Positions 1 through 9,431 of a stretch of 64,000 nt of DNA are shown piece after piece. The notes under the pieces are model-generated. The model was not told the origin of the DNA and searched no databases. It was given only the letters and a program-made list of their open reading frames with translations. Numbering within the stretch: the first letter of the stretch is position 1; each line of letters starts with the position of its first letter. The position numbers were made by a program, and so were the translations under genes. The stretch is from a virus: the IMG/VR virus record IMGVR_UViG_3300032562_000005; one strand, given 5' to 3'.

Positions 1-1
1 C

Positions 2-526
2 AATGGTATCAGCATTACTTGTGCCATATATACTAGCAACTACAGAATTATATGTTCCACCAGCAGTAGTAGCTGTGAAGTTATTTCCTGTACCTAATAA
101 ATTAATATTTAAATTAGAATAATTGCCAGTTTGTGTTACTGCGATATTATTACTTGCGCTAGTATCAGAGCCATCGTTATTACTATTAATAACAGCGGTA
201 GCATTATTACCTGTTACAGAGTAACTATAATTGTTACCGGTTAATCCATTAGCTACACTTGTTTGTATTCCAAATTGTAATGTATTACCAGTACCAATTT
301 GACTAACTGATACGATATTATTGTTACCAACAATAACGGCTGGCGTGGTAGCACTTGTACCTGTGCCTTGTACGCCTTCTACTGCGTTTCCTGCGCCATC
401 TTGTGTAACAGAAATACTACTGTTACCTCCTGATTGATTAATGTAGATGGTATTATCAGCACCAAACACATTTAAACTTGCTACAGCTAGCATTGTTATT
501 ATTGTTTTCGCTAGGTTTATTTTCAT
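2..526 (-). CDS. Curlin-repeat (CsgA/CsgB-like) secreted protein, truncated by window edge; absent from ORF track
   Basis: Manual translation: MKINLAKTIITMLAVASLNVFGA signal peptide, then N/G/T/S-rich repeats with Q-x-G-x-x-N type units (IYINQSGGNS, VTQDGAGN, VSQIGTGN, VTQTGNYS); directly downstream of csgG. Confidence 0.75.
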   Translation of the reverse strand, partial: MKINLAKTIITMLAVASLNVFGADNTIYINQSGGNSSISVTQDGAGNAVEGVQGTGTSATTPAVIVGNNNIVSVSQIGTGNTLQFGIQTSVANGLTGNNYSYSVTGNNATAVINSNNDGSDTSASNNIAVTQTGNYSNLNINLLGTGNNFTATTAGGTYNSVVASIYGTSNADTI

Positions 527-553
527 TTTACTTCTTCCTTTGGTCTTAGACCA

Positions 554-1516
554 TTATTTTACAATTCCTATTTTTGCCTCTACATCTGCTGGTAAACTCG
601 GATTTTTAGACATACCGAGTGGAATTGTTGCGGTGCCGTTTGCTTCTGGATTTGGAACTACTGGTGCTACTTGGACATAATCCCAAACACCTTTGCGTTG
701 CCCTTCTTTAATTAATTCTACTACACTTGATTCAATAGTTGTTTTAAGTGCTATTGTTGTAGCTTCGTTAATTGTTAATCCAGATTCAAATTGAAATATT
801 GCTGCTGCCGCATCTGTTGCGCCGTTGTTACTAGCGCCTACTTGTTTAACTATACTGCTTATGCCACCTGGATCAATACTTTTAAAAATGGCAATACTAT
901 CTGCGGTACTGTAAACAATCTTTGTAACGGTTACCGACGCTAAGATTTTACCAGTGTTTACACTTACTGCTCGTAAACTAATTGTAATAATATCTTTACT
1001 GTATTGAGTCGATGGGCCAATACCTAGGAAATTATATCCAATGCCCCCTGACTCTAACCCAGTGTCGTAACCAATAATCCCACCTTCAATAATAACTCCA
1101 GCAAATTGTAGTGGCATTAATTTCTGTGCGTCTTTACCTTCATAGGCTTGGCGCATCTGTGTAATAATTAATCTTTCTTTAGTAAGCGCATCAATATTAC
1201 CGCGCTCGACTACTTCAAACCATTGACCTTTACCTACATCTTGTAAGGCACGAATCAGTAAAGCATCTCCGCCTTGTGTAACCGCTGTACTAAAACTAGC
1301 AATACCCGGAACGGCTTTACGCTGTCCAGTTTTATCAGCGAACTGATATACTGCTACAGTAAGTTTGCCTTTGGCTGGAGGAGGTACAGCATCAAATTCT
1401 TTTTGTAGTTCATTTTTAGGAATTTGCGGTTTATGATCCGGGACACCAATTTTCTGGCCTATAGCACAACCAGATAACATAACGATTAAGACTAATGTAG
1501 GAAATAATTTACGCAT
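554..1516 (-). CDS. csgG: Curli secretion channel CsgG (outer-membrane lipoprotein)
   Basis: Lipobox MLSGC; VAVYQFADKTGQRK, FSTAVTQGG, WFEVVER, IIEGGIIGYD motifs. Confidence 0.93.
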   Translation of the reverse strand: MRKLFPTLVLIVMLSGCAIGQKIGVPDHKPQIPKNELQKEFDAVPPPAKGKLTVAVYQFADKTGQRKAVPGIASFSTAVTQGGDALLIRALQDVGKGQWFEVVERGNIDALTKERLIITQMRQAYEGKDAQKLMPLQFAGVIIEGGIIGYDTGLESGGIGYNFLGIGPSTQYSKDIITISLRAVSVNTGKILASVTVTKIVYSTADSIAIFKSIDPGGISSIVKQVGASNNGATDAAAAIFQFESGLTINEATTIALKTTIESSVVELIKEGQRKGVWDYVQVAPVVPNPEANGTATIPLGMSKNPSLPADVEAKIGIVK

Positions 1517-1983
1517 TATTGACCGCTTCCTGTGATATTAAATGAGCCAAGCGGAACATTAATTGTAGTAATATTTCCTACATTGTCTGTTACTTGAAGT
1601 TGAATTACCGATCCAGTATTAGTCCAGAAAATTGTATTGCCTTGAAAATTCATTTGTCCGCTAGTAGAGCTTCCACCGGCAAACATAGCTGTAGCTAAAT
1701 TTTGACTAATCTGTGCGTAAATGCGAGATTCAAGATTAGTTAAAAATTGATTGATTGGTGTGTTAGCGGCGTCAGCTTTTGCTTGGGCTTGGGCTGCAAT
1801 TAGAGCCTGTTGAATTGCCTGTGAACGAGCATATTGTTCGTTTTCTAAAGCCATTTGAAATGAGCCGTAACCGTTTCCGTTAAGACTTGGGCTTTTAAAT
1901 TGATAATCCGCTATAGGCGTTGCGACGGCTTGTAAGGAGATCGCAGATAAACATAGCAGAGTCGTTCTTATTATTATTTTCAT
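1516..1983 (-). CDS. csgF: Curli assembly component CsgF
   Basis: Signal peptide; YQFKSPSLNGNG N-terminal motif; FLTNLESRIYAQIS; C-terminal TTINVP; adjacent to csgG. Confidence 0.85.
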   Translation of the reverse strand: MKIIIRTTLLCLSAISLQAVATPIADYQFKSPSLNGNGYGSFQMALENEQYARSQAIQQALIAAQAQAKADAANTPINQFLTNLESRIYAQISQNLATAMFAGGSSTSGQMNFQGNTIFWTNTGSVIQLQVTDNVGNITTINVPLGSFNITGSGQ

Positions 1984-2000
1984 ACTCTCGCTCCTACTAT

Positions 2001-2006
2001 TATTTA
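2001..2006 (-). promoter_or_regulatory. T4-like late promoter core TAAATA upstream of csgF
   Basis: Same hexamer precedes many virion genes in this window. Confidence 0.6.
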
Positions 2007-2077
2007 ACAGTAAAAAGCAAGTAGTTAAGTTATGTTATAACTTGTTCTAGAGCAAAAGGTTAGCTCTGGGGAGAATG

Positions 2078-2428
2078 TTATTTTGCTATAATTCCTGTCC
2101 AGGACTCGTCTGGCTCGTTTTCTTTGTATTCTATAAGGCGTTTAGCAAGGATTTCATAGAAGGTATCAACTTGTTTGCCCCAGAAGCCCATTAAATGTCC
2201 AATGGCTTGAGTACAGAAATCCCAGTTACGCTTACGATATTGCTCCATCATATCAGAATGAAGTTTTTTGAATTTGTCAGCTTTAGGCAGTTCTTCAAGG
2301 GGTATATTTTCGATAATACAGTACACAGTAATGGGAGTACTGCTTTTAATAGTAACGGTATCTAACTCAAGTACAATATACTTCTCGCTAAGTTGTTCTG
2401 CTTCGCTGGTGCCAAAAATAATATTCAA
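2078..2428 (-). CDS. Stand-alone protein resembling the C-terminal tail of class III adenylate/guanylate cyclases
   Basis: LELDTVTIK...VY, YRKRNWD, FYEILAKR...PDESWTGI pattern; TTG start with AGGAG SD. Confidence 0.5.
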   Translation of the reverse strand: MNIIFGTSEAEQLSEKYIVLELDTVTIKSSTPITVYCIIENIPLEELPKADKFKKLHSDMMEQYRKRNWDFCTQAIGHLMGFWGKQVDTFYEILAKRLIEYKENEPDESWTGIIAK

Positions 2429-2454
2429 TCTGTATCTCCTGTTAAATAATTATC

Positions 2455-3243
2455 ATGATATTCAACTTTGATTTAATTTCCGACATCCACAGAGAAACTT
2501 GGGCAAACTTTGATTGGGAAGGTCAACCGACTGCGCCATATTGTATTGTAGCAGGTGATATAGCAAGAGACCGAGCATTAGTAATAGATACCTTAGAACA
2601 ACTTAGCGAAGTATATCAAGGAGTGTTTTACATTGACGGTAATGATGAACATAAAGATTACGGCGAAGATTTAGGTCGTAGTTATGCTGAATTAAATGAT
2701 TTAATAAAAGCAATGCCCAAGGTTGTGTATATGCAAGACAATGTTGTAATCATAAATGGTATTGCTATTGTAGCAACAAATGGGTGGTGGACTTACGACT
2801 TTGATTGTAACTTAGAATTAGATCAATCAATACAGTGGGTACAACAGAAAGATAGTATTACACAGGAAGCGGCGATAAACATCAATGGTGTAGGGTACAA
2901 CGATGCGGGATACATGGCAAATGGTGTACAAAAATTACAAGCCCACAGGGATGTCAAAGCAATCATCATGGTAACGCATACCGTGCCCCGAGCAGAAATT
3001 ATCGAACATGATTTAGAATTAATTGATACTTGGCGATTTAACTCTATGGGCAATAGTCATATGACTAATGCGTTACGAGAAGACTTAGAGCATAAAGTTA
3101 AACTTTGGTGTTTTGGTCATTATCATAGACCAGTTGATACTATAATCGATGGTATTAGATATGTTAGCAATCCTCGGGGAAGAGGCGATACTCAATATTC
3201 TCAAGTGGCCTACTATCCCAAAAGAATTAGCGTAAAAATTTAA
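2455..3243 (+). CDS. Calcineurin-like metallophosphoesterase
   Basis: SDIH, AGD, GNDEH, THT, FGHYH metal-binding motifs. Confidence 0.9.
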   Translation: MIFNFDLISDIHRETWANFDWEGQPTAPYCIVAGDIARDRALVIDTLEQLSEVYQGVFYIDGNDEHKDYGEDLGRSYAELNDLIKAMPKVVYMQDNVVIINGIAIVATNGWWTYDFDCNLELDQSIQWVQQKDSITQEAAININGVGYNDAGYMANGVQKLQAHRDVKAIIMVTHTVPRAEIIEHDLELIDTWRFNSMGNSHMTNALREDLEHKVKLWCFGHYHRPVDTIIDGIRYVSNPRGRGDTQYSQVAYYPKRISVKI

Positions 3244-3548
3244 ACAGTTTCTGGTTCTAGTTTAATCTGTAACGGCATATCTTGTGACCGAGCACAAACT
3301 GTAACTTCAATACCTTTTTGTTCAGCTACTTCGTATGGCAATACTGCTACTACTGCTGATCCAGCTTCGTGAATATCTTGAGTAATCTTTACCGCAGAGT
3401 CTGGTGTGTAATCAAAAAAGTTCATTAAAGATTCGATAACAAATTCCATAGTTGTGCCGGTATCATTTAAATAGATAACTTTAAACATAGGTGGTTCTTT
3501 AAGTTCATTATTAACTTGTATTTGTGTAACGATATCTGCTTGTGACAT
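3240..3548 (-). CDS. clpS: ATP-dependent Clp protease adaptor ClpS
   Basis: PPMFKVIYLND..TTMEFV, IHEAGSAVV, YEVAEQK, PLQIKLE. Confidence 0.92.
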   Translation of the reverse strand: MSQADIVTQIQVNNELKEPPMFKVIYLNDTGTTMEFVIESLMNFFDYTPDSAVKITQDIHEAGSAVVAVLPYEVAEQKGIEVTVCARSQDMPLQIKLEPETV

Positions 3549-3609
3549 ACTATTCCTTTGTTTTTAGTAGGGGGCATAATTGCCCCCGTACTGTATTTAC
3601 TATATTATA

Positions 3610-4050
3610 TTACGATTCGTATGTAATAGCAATAGTTTTAGGCTGAAGTGCTTCAGGAATATGGCGCTCTAACTTAACCGTTAAGATACCATTCTTTACC
3701 GATGCTGTAATTACTTCTACATGATCGGCTAAACTGAATGTACGGATAAAGCGTCTGTCACTAATACCTTTGTGTGTATATTCTACACCTTCTGGTAATT
3801 CTTCTGGTAACTTTTCGCCAGTAATAACCAAATTACTATCACGAACTGCTACTTCGATTTCACCTTGAGTAAATCCAGCTACAGCCACTTGAACTTCAAA
3901 CGTGTTCTCGCCGGTTTTCAAAATGTTATATGGCGGATAGTTTTGTGTACTAGCCGTATCAATTTGATTAATAATTCGATCAAATAGTTTATCGACTCCG
4001 ATAGAGTTACGATAGAATGGGTTTAAATCTAATGCTGTGAGTTTAGTCAT
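3610..4050 (-). CDS. ibpA: Small heat-shock protein (Hsp20/IbpA family)
   Basis: NYPPYNI, AVAGF, HKGISDRRF, NGIL, PEALQP. Confidence 0.95.
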   Translation of the reverse strand: MTKLTALDLNPFYRNSIGVDKLFDRIINQIDTASTQNYPPYNILKTGENTFEVQVAVAGFTQGEIEVAVRDSNLVITGEKLPEELPEGVEYTHKGISDRRFIRTFSLADHVEVITASVKNGILTVKLERHIPEALQPKTIAITYES

Positions 4051-4110
4051 TTTATTCTCCTTAATTAAGCAAGACTAATGTGTGGGCCCGACTATCGGCA
4101 CCCACACTAT
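4051..4110 (-). promoter_or_regulatory. ROSE-like RNA thermometer in ibpA leader
   Basis: mRNA: GUGUGGG..CCCACAC hairpin, then UCUUGCUU-AAUU-AAGGAGA (UUGCU with bulged G pairing the SD). Confidence 0.7.
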
Positions 4111-4115
4111 TTTTA

Positions 4116-6014
4116 CTACTTTTCAGTAAAGTCAGCGTCTACGACATTGTCGTCATCGGCTGGCTTAGCTGACTCTTGTGGCTCAGCAGCAGGTTGTGCT
4201 GCTTGTGCCTTTGCTTCTTGAATAGCCTGCGAGGCTGTTATTAAAGCGGTTACTGCCTTTTGGATTTCGTCCCTATCAGTACCTTTGACTGCTTCTTCTA
4301 CAGCCTTGATAGCTGTGTTGATATCGTCAATTTGTGTACCGCTAAGGCTACTGCTAGTTTCATCTAGGTCCTTACGGATCTCGTGTACCATAGCATCAGC
4401 AGAGTTGCGAGCTTGGATGAGTTCAACTTGTTTCTTATCATCTTCCGCATTAGCTTCTGCTTCTTTAATCATCTTTTGAATTTCATCATCTGACAATCCT
4501 GAGTTTGCTTTAATAGTAATCTTGTTTTCTTTGCCTGTGGTTTTATCCTTGGCTTTAACACTTAAGATACCATTTGCGTCAATATCAAGCTCAACGTCAA
4601 TTTGTGGTTGACCTCGGCGTTGTGGCTGGATGCCTTCTAAACTAAACTCGCCTAAGAGTTTATTGTAAGAGCATAACTCGCGCTCGCCTTGATAAACTTT
4701 AATTGTAACTGCTGGTTGGTTATCTTCGGCAGTACTAAACACTTGATTAGCCTTAGTAGGAATCGTAGTGTTCTTTTTAATCAACTTAGTCATTACACCG
4801 CCCATAGTTTCAATGCCTAATGACAATGGGGTAACATCAAGTAACAATACGTCTGTACGGTCGCCGCCTAATACAGCACCTTGAATAGCCGCACCAGCCG
4901 CTACTGCTTCGTCTGGATTAACATCTTTGCGTGGTGCTTTACCAAACAGCTTCTCAACTGTTTCTTGTACTTTAGGCATACGAGTCATGCCACCAACAAG
5001 AATAACCTCGTCGATATCGCTGTTACTTACACCCGCATCAGACATGGCAGTCTTACATGGGCCTACGGAACGTTGAATCAATTCATCAACTAAACTTTCA
5101 AATTTAGCACGAGAGATGGTAACATTCAAATGCTTAGGACCACTTGCGTCTGCTGTAACATATGGTAAGTTAACAGTAGTAGACTGTGCTGAAGACAATT
5201 CAATCTTAGCTTTTTCTGCGGCATCTTTCAAACGCTGTAATGCTAACACATCACTTTTAAGGTCACATCCAGATTCTTTCTTAAACTCATCACAGAGGTA
5301 ATCCATAATGCGTTGGTCAAAGTCTTCGCCGCCCAAGAATGTATCGCCGTTAGTTGACAATACTTCAATCTGCTTGTCGCCATCCACATTGGCAATTTCG
5401 ATAATGGACACATCAAATGTACCACCACCTAAGTCATACACGGCAATTTTACGATCCTTAGTACTTGCTTTATCAACGCCATATGCTAGTGCGGCCGCTG
5501 TTGGCTCGTTGATAATGCGTAGAACTTCTAAGCCCGCAATTTTACCTGCGTCTTTGGTAGCTTGTCTTTGGCTGTCATTGAAGTATGCTGGTACAGTGAT
5601 AACGGCTTGTGTAACTGTCTCACCTAAATAGTCTTCGGCAGTTTTTTTCATCTTACGCAATACTTCAGCAGATACTTGTGGTGGTGCCAAATCTTGGCCA
5701 TTTGCTTGAATCCAAGCATCACCATTATCAGCTTCGATAATTTTGTAAGGCATCAAGTTGATGTCTTTTTGTACAGCTTCTTCTTTAAATTTACGACCAA
5801 TCAAACGCTTTGCAGCATAGATTGTGTTCGATGGGTTTGTAACTGATTGGCGTTTAGCTGTAGCACCAACTAATACTTCGTCGGCTGTATAGGCGACAAT
5901 ACTTGGTGTAGTTCTAGCACCTTCTGCGTTTTCAATTACTTTTGGAATGTTATTTTCGATTACGGAAACACAGGAATTTGTAGTTCCCAAATCTATGCCG
6001 ATGATTTTGCTCAT
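4116..6014 (-). CDS. dnaK: Chaperone DnaK (Hsp70)
   Basis: [33 protein letters not shown]-terminal VVDADFTE. Confidence 0.98.
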   Translation of the reverse strand: MSKIIGIDLGTTNSCVSVIENNIPKVIENAEGARTTPSIVAYTADEVLVGATAKRQSVTNPSNTIYAAKRLIGRKFKEEAVQKDINLMPYKIIEADNGDAWIQANGQDLAPPQVSAEVLRKMKKTAEDYLGETVTQAVITVPAYFNDSQRQATKDAGKIAGLEVLRIINEPTAAALAYGVDKASTKDRKIAVYDLGGGTFDVSIIEIANVDGDKQIEVLSTNGDTFLGGEDFDQRIMDYLCDEFKKESGCDLKSDVLALQRLKDAAEKAKIELSSAQSTTVNLPYVTADASGPKHLNVTISRAKFESLVDELIQRSVGPCKTAMSDAGVSNSDIDEVILVGGMTRMPKVQETVEKLFGKAPRKDVNPDEAVAAGAAIQGAVLGGDRTDVLLLDVTPLSLGIETMGGVMTKLIKKNTTIPTKANQVFSTAEDNQPAVTIKVYQGERELCSYNKLLGEFSLEGIQPQRRGQPQIDVELDIDANGILSVKAKDKTTGKENKITIKANSGLSDDEIQKMIKEAEANAEDDKKQVELIQARNSADAMVHEIRKDLDETSSSLSGTQIDDINTAIKAVEEAVKGTDRDEIQKAVTALITASQAIQEAKAQAAQPAAEPQESAKPADDDNVVDADFTEK

Positions 6015-6084
6015 GTTGTTTTCTCCTTTAATTAAGCAAGTAACTTCTTACGAACCCAAACTACGGCATTCGTAGAAGTATTTA
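6015..6084 (-). promoter_or_regulatory. Late promoter (TAAATA 6079-6084) plus ROSE-like thermometer in dnaK leader
   Basis: mRNA: ACUUCUACGAA..UUCGUAAGAAGU hairpin then CUUGCUU-AAUUA-AAGGAG; same architecture as ibpA leader. Confidence 0.65.
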
Positions 6085-6126
6085 TGGTACTACAAAATCA
6101 TTATATACAAATATTATTCGGTTAAG

Positions 6127-6489
6127 TTAAGCATTTCTGATAACCAGTTTAGCTTTAATTTTAGTAGGGCTAAAATGTTTCTTTACTACCTTTTCTGCCG
6201 TTTTTGGATTAAACTTTTTACAGCTAAACACATCAATGTATGCCGTTCTATCTTGATCCATAAAGTGTCCAGTAATGTTACTAGTTTGTATTAGCTGAAC
6301 TAAACTGTATCCACTGTTTGGATGTCCATCGAGCAAATACTTAATTACTGGTTTGCCCACTGCTTCCATTTTAATTTGCTCTACCAAGTCTTTGATAAAC
6401 TCTTTTAATTTAGCTTTACTATTGATATTGTCATTCATGCCTTGGCAATCCAGCATTAGGTGGTAACCCCATGGTTTGATTTTTTTCAT
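6127..6489 (-). CDS. S-adenosylmethionine decarboxylase-family proenzyme (pyruvoyl)
   Basis: GYHLMLDC, GYSLVQLIQTSNITGHF (autocleavage region), AYIDVFSCK.F. Confidence 0.85.
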   Translation of the reverse strand: MKKIKPWGYHLMLDCQGMNDNINSKAKLKEFIKDLVEQIKMEAVGKPVIKYLLDGHPNSGYSLVQLIQTSNITGHFMDQDRTAYIDVFSCKKFNPKTAEKVVKKHFSPTKIKAKLVIRNA

Positions 6490-6711
6490 TTAAAATAATT
6501 TTTTAGGTAATTGTTGATCGCGGAGTTTTTTGCGCCATCTAGCTTTGGCAGCGCCTTTTTTACGCTTGCGTTCAGTAGTTGGTTTTTCGTAAGTTTCACG
6601 GGCACGAAGGTCATCAAGTAATCCAGATTCCTGGACTTTCTTTTTGAATTTTCTGAGGGCTTTTTCGACGTTGCCGTCTTTAACTAATACCCCTTTACCG
6701 TAATACGTCAT
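6490..6711 (-). CDS. rpsU: Ribosomal protein bS21
   Basis: [15 protein letters not shown]....[25 protein letters not shown]. Confidence 0.95.
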   Translation of the reverse strand: MTYYGKGVLVKDGNVEKALRKFKKKVQESGLLDDLRARETYEKPTTERKRKKGAAKARWRKKLRDQQLPKKLF

Positions 6712-7898
6712 TCATTCTCCTGAGCAAGTGTTCTAGGAGTATTTACTAGATTTGACGTAATTGAGACGGTTTTTATACTTTGCTTACGATAGCGTGGCAA
6801 ATCGTACATATGGGGTAGCAATATGCGTTCTAATTCAGAATGTAGGCCACGAGCCCCAGTTTTTGTTTTTAAAGTGCGTTCAGCTATAAGATCCAATGAT
6901 TCATCTTCAAAATATAGTTCTACGCCATCTTGATCAAATAGCCACTGATACTGCTCTACAAAATTGTGTTTAATATCGACTAAAATACTAATTAGCTGTT
7001 CTTTGGTCAACCCGTGTAACGATACAGAACTGCTAAAGCGACCAATAAATTCTGGAATCATGCCATACTTGACTAAATCGTCTGGAGTTACTATTTCGTT
7101 GTCTACGCTTAAATCTGTAGTAAGATTTGCCCCAAACCCCATAGCGGTTCCTTGGATACGATTTTTAACTATTTTTTCTAGTCCCACAAATGCGCCGCCA
7201 GCGATGAATAAAATATTAGTGGTGTCAACTTCTATAGTAGCTTCAGTTTTTCTGCCGCCAGTAGGGTTAATTTTAATTTTAGTACCTTCTACTAATTTAA
7301 GCAAGGCCTGCTGAACACCTTCGCCTGATACATCACGACTAACCGTAGCGGATTCGGACTTGCGAGCAATTTTATCAATCTCGTCTAGGAAGATAATGCC
7401 ACGCTGAGTGCGCTCAAGGTCATTATCAGCATTTTGATATAATCTTAAAATAACGCTATCAACATCGTCGCCGACATATCCAGCTTCAGTTAATGTAGTA
7501 GCGTCGGCTATTACGAATGGGACATTTAAATATTCTGCTAAGGTTTTTGCTAATAATGTTTTACCGGTGCCTGTCGGCCCAATCATTAATATATTAGATT
7601 TAGCAACTTCGTTGTCTGCGCTACTAATTCTTTTATAATGATTAGTAATTGCTACAGATAACACAATCTTGGCTTCGGGTTGACCAACTACATACTGGTC
7701 GAGATATTCTTTAATCTCGCGAGGATTAGGAATTTCTATTGTTGAAGAAGATTTAGCAGAATGCTTTTTATCTTTTAATAGTTTATCGCAAAAGGTTACA
7801 CATTCGCTACATATAGCAACTTCGTGTCCTACAATTAGTCTACCTACGGAACTTTTATGTTTTCCGCAAAATGAACAGTGATCAATTTTTTCTGACAT
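6708..7898 (-). CDS. clpX: ClpX AAA+ unfoldase
   Basis: CSFCGK..ICSEC Zn domain, [34 protein letters not shown] loop, TGARGL. Confidence 0.96.
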   Translation of the reverse strand: MSEKIDHCSFCGKHKSSVGRLIVGHEVAICSECVTFCDKLLKDKKHSAKSSSTIEIPNPREIKEYLDQYVVGQPEAKIVLSVAITNHYKRISSADNEVAKSNILMIGPTGTGKTLLAKTLAEYLNVPFVIADATTLTEAGYVGDDVDSVILRLYQNADNDLERTQRGIIFLDEIDKIARKSESATVSRDVSGEGVQQALLKLVEGTKIKINPTGGRKTEATIEVDTTNILFIAGGAFVGLEKIVKNRIQGTAMGFGANLTTDLSVDNEIVTPDDLVKYGMIPEFIGRFSSSVSLHGLTKEQLISILVDIKHNFVEQYQWLFDQDGVELYFEDESLDLIAERTLKTKTGARGLHSELERILLPHMYDLPRYRKQSIKTVSITSNLVNTPRTLAQENE

Positions 7899-7899
7899 A

Positions 7900-9423
7900 T
7901 TATCCTAAATCGGTAGAGGTTTTAAGTTTTTCTGAAATGCGTTCGCGTTCAATATCACTTAACAAATCAGGATCGTATTCTCCTGATCCAATTTTTTCAA
8001 TAAGATGGTCGATATAAGCTGTATCGTAAATATAACTATCACTTAGATTTTTATTTACTTTGATCCACTGAGTACCGTTATATTTAAATAACTGACTTGG
8101 AAGATTGTCTACTCTAAGAAACATATCTCCTTTTTTAGCTGTTTTAGGAAACTCTGTTCCGAATCCTTGTACTTCACCAGATGTTGGTTCGTTATCTGCT
8201 TCTAGGGATAATTTAAGATTAAGTAAATCTCTATTACTTAAATTTAGAGTCTCAACATGGTCAGGATGTTCCCACGGTAGTTCAGAAATTTCTCCGCTAG
8301 CAACCTGGTTAATATATTCTTTATATGACTTATCAGGATTTTGAGATTTCCAAACTCGCATAGCGTGTTGCTGTATTTCATTACCATAAGGTTCTACATC
8401 ATCTTCGATTATCACTGCTTCTTCTTTTTTCTCGATATCAGGAAACATCCATCCCACTGGATGCGGGTCTTTGTGTAAAGGTATATTATCATTACTATTA
8501 GAATTAGTAACGCCCTTACTTAATATATCATCGGCTTCGTATTTTGATTCTAGCGGAATCTCGACTTCATCAAACACTGGAATGTCGCCATCTGCTTCTT
8601 CGTCTTCTTCTTCTTCGTCTTCTTCTTCTTCGTCTTCTTCTTTGCGCTCTAAATTAAACAAATCAATTCCGTGTTCCCATTCAAGCGATTTAGTAGCGGC
8701 TAGTAATAATGTTAATGCTAGTGGATCGAATACTGCTACAATAAGAATAATAACCCAGCGTACTGCGTGTTCTAATAAGTTAGCGTCTGGATTATCGCCA
8801 TATACCATAGCGGCAATATATTTGATAGGACCAACTTCAGCATCTACTTTTCTTATCTCTGCTCTAATTGGGGCAGCCTGCTCATTAAGTTGGCTAATCT
8901 TTTTCTGGTCGGCTTCGATTTCAGCCGCGATACGCTTGCGTTCAGCCTGTTGACTTTTGCGAATCGCAATCGCCTTATCAGCACCTTGCTCACTCGTAGA
9001 CCTGCCCAACACTTGGTCAACACCAGCATCGAGCTGAGCAAGCGCCTTGCGGTTACTTTCGATATTTTCTTTTGAGGTTTTAATCTTCTCATCATATATT
9101 GCTACCTTACTTTGCACATCGCCTGATACTAAACCCTGGTCTGAGTGGGCTTTACTTAAGAATCCAAATACGCCCATCGAAGTTAAGAACATAAGAACTA
9201 CTACTGCTGAACATAGATAAACTTTATATTGTATTTCTGCTCGGTCCCAGTATTTGTGTAGCCATAGTGTAGTAACAATCTTGCCGACTTCTAGTGATCC
9301 GCCCATAATAACAATAGGCCAAAATGCGGCGGCGAAAATTGCTGTTAATCCCAGGATGGAATAGATAGCGGCACTTAAACTAATAATAAGTGCAGTTGCG
9401 AGGGTTATATATCCAAATATCAT
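7900..9423 (-). CDS. Multi-pass membrane protein with coiled coil, acidic linker and soluble C-terminal domain
   Basis: Three N-terminal hydrophobic segments, coiled coil, EVGPIKY, IIL.VAVFDPLA TM segment, E/D tract. Confidence 0.7.
   Translation of the reverse strand: MIFGYITLATALIISLSAAIYSILGLTAIFAAAFWPIVIMGGSLEVGKIVTTLWLHKYWDRAEIQYKVYLCSAVVVLMFLTSMGVFGFLSKAHSDQGLVSGDVQSKVAIYDEKIKTSKENIESNRKALAQLDAGVDQVLGRSTSEQGADKAIAIRKSQQAERKRIAAEIEADQKKISQLNEQAAPIRAEIRKVDAEVGPIKYIAAMVYGDNPDANLLEHAVRWVIILIVAVFDPLALTLLLAATKSLEWEHGIDLFNLERKEEDEEEEDEEEEDEEADGDIPVFDEVEIPLESKYEADDILSKGVTNSNSNDNIPLHKDPHPVGWMFPDIEKKEEAVIIEDDVEPYGNEIQQHAMRVWKSQNPDKSYKEYINQVASGEISELPWEHPDHVETLNLSNRDLLNLKLSLEADNEPTSGEVQGFGTEFPKTAKKGDMFLRVDNLPSQLFKYNGTQWIKVNKNLSDSYIYDTAYIDHLIEKIGSGEYDPDLLSDIERERISEKLKTSTDLG
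8594..8640 (-). repeat. Coding microsatellite (GAA/GAC)n encoding EEDEEEEDEEEEDEE
   Basis: Tandem tcttcttcttcg units on + strand. Confidence 0.8.
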
Positions 9424-9431
9424 TTAATTAT

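Noticed and set aside
3570-3587. GGGGCA/TGCCCC hairpin as ibpA terminator
   Set aside because: No U tract on the coding strand, and it lies just downstream of the clpS late promoter; more likely a 5' leader hairpin
4285-5631. Plus-strand ORFs inside dnaK
   Set aside because: Antisense shadows of a conserved, codon-biased gene; no independent motifs
1-7898. Bacterial chromosome or host contamination (curli, dnaK, clpX, rpsU)
   Set aside because: Gene order is non-bacterial, TAAATA promoters match those of virion genes, and composition is continuous with the phage genes
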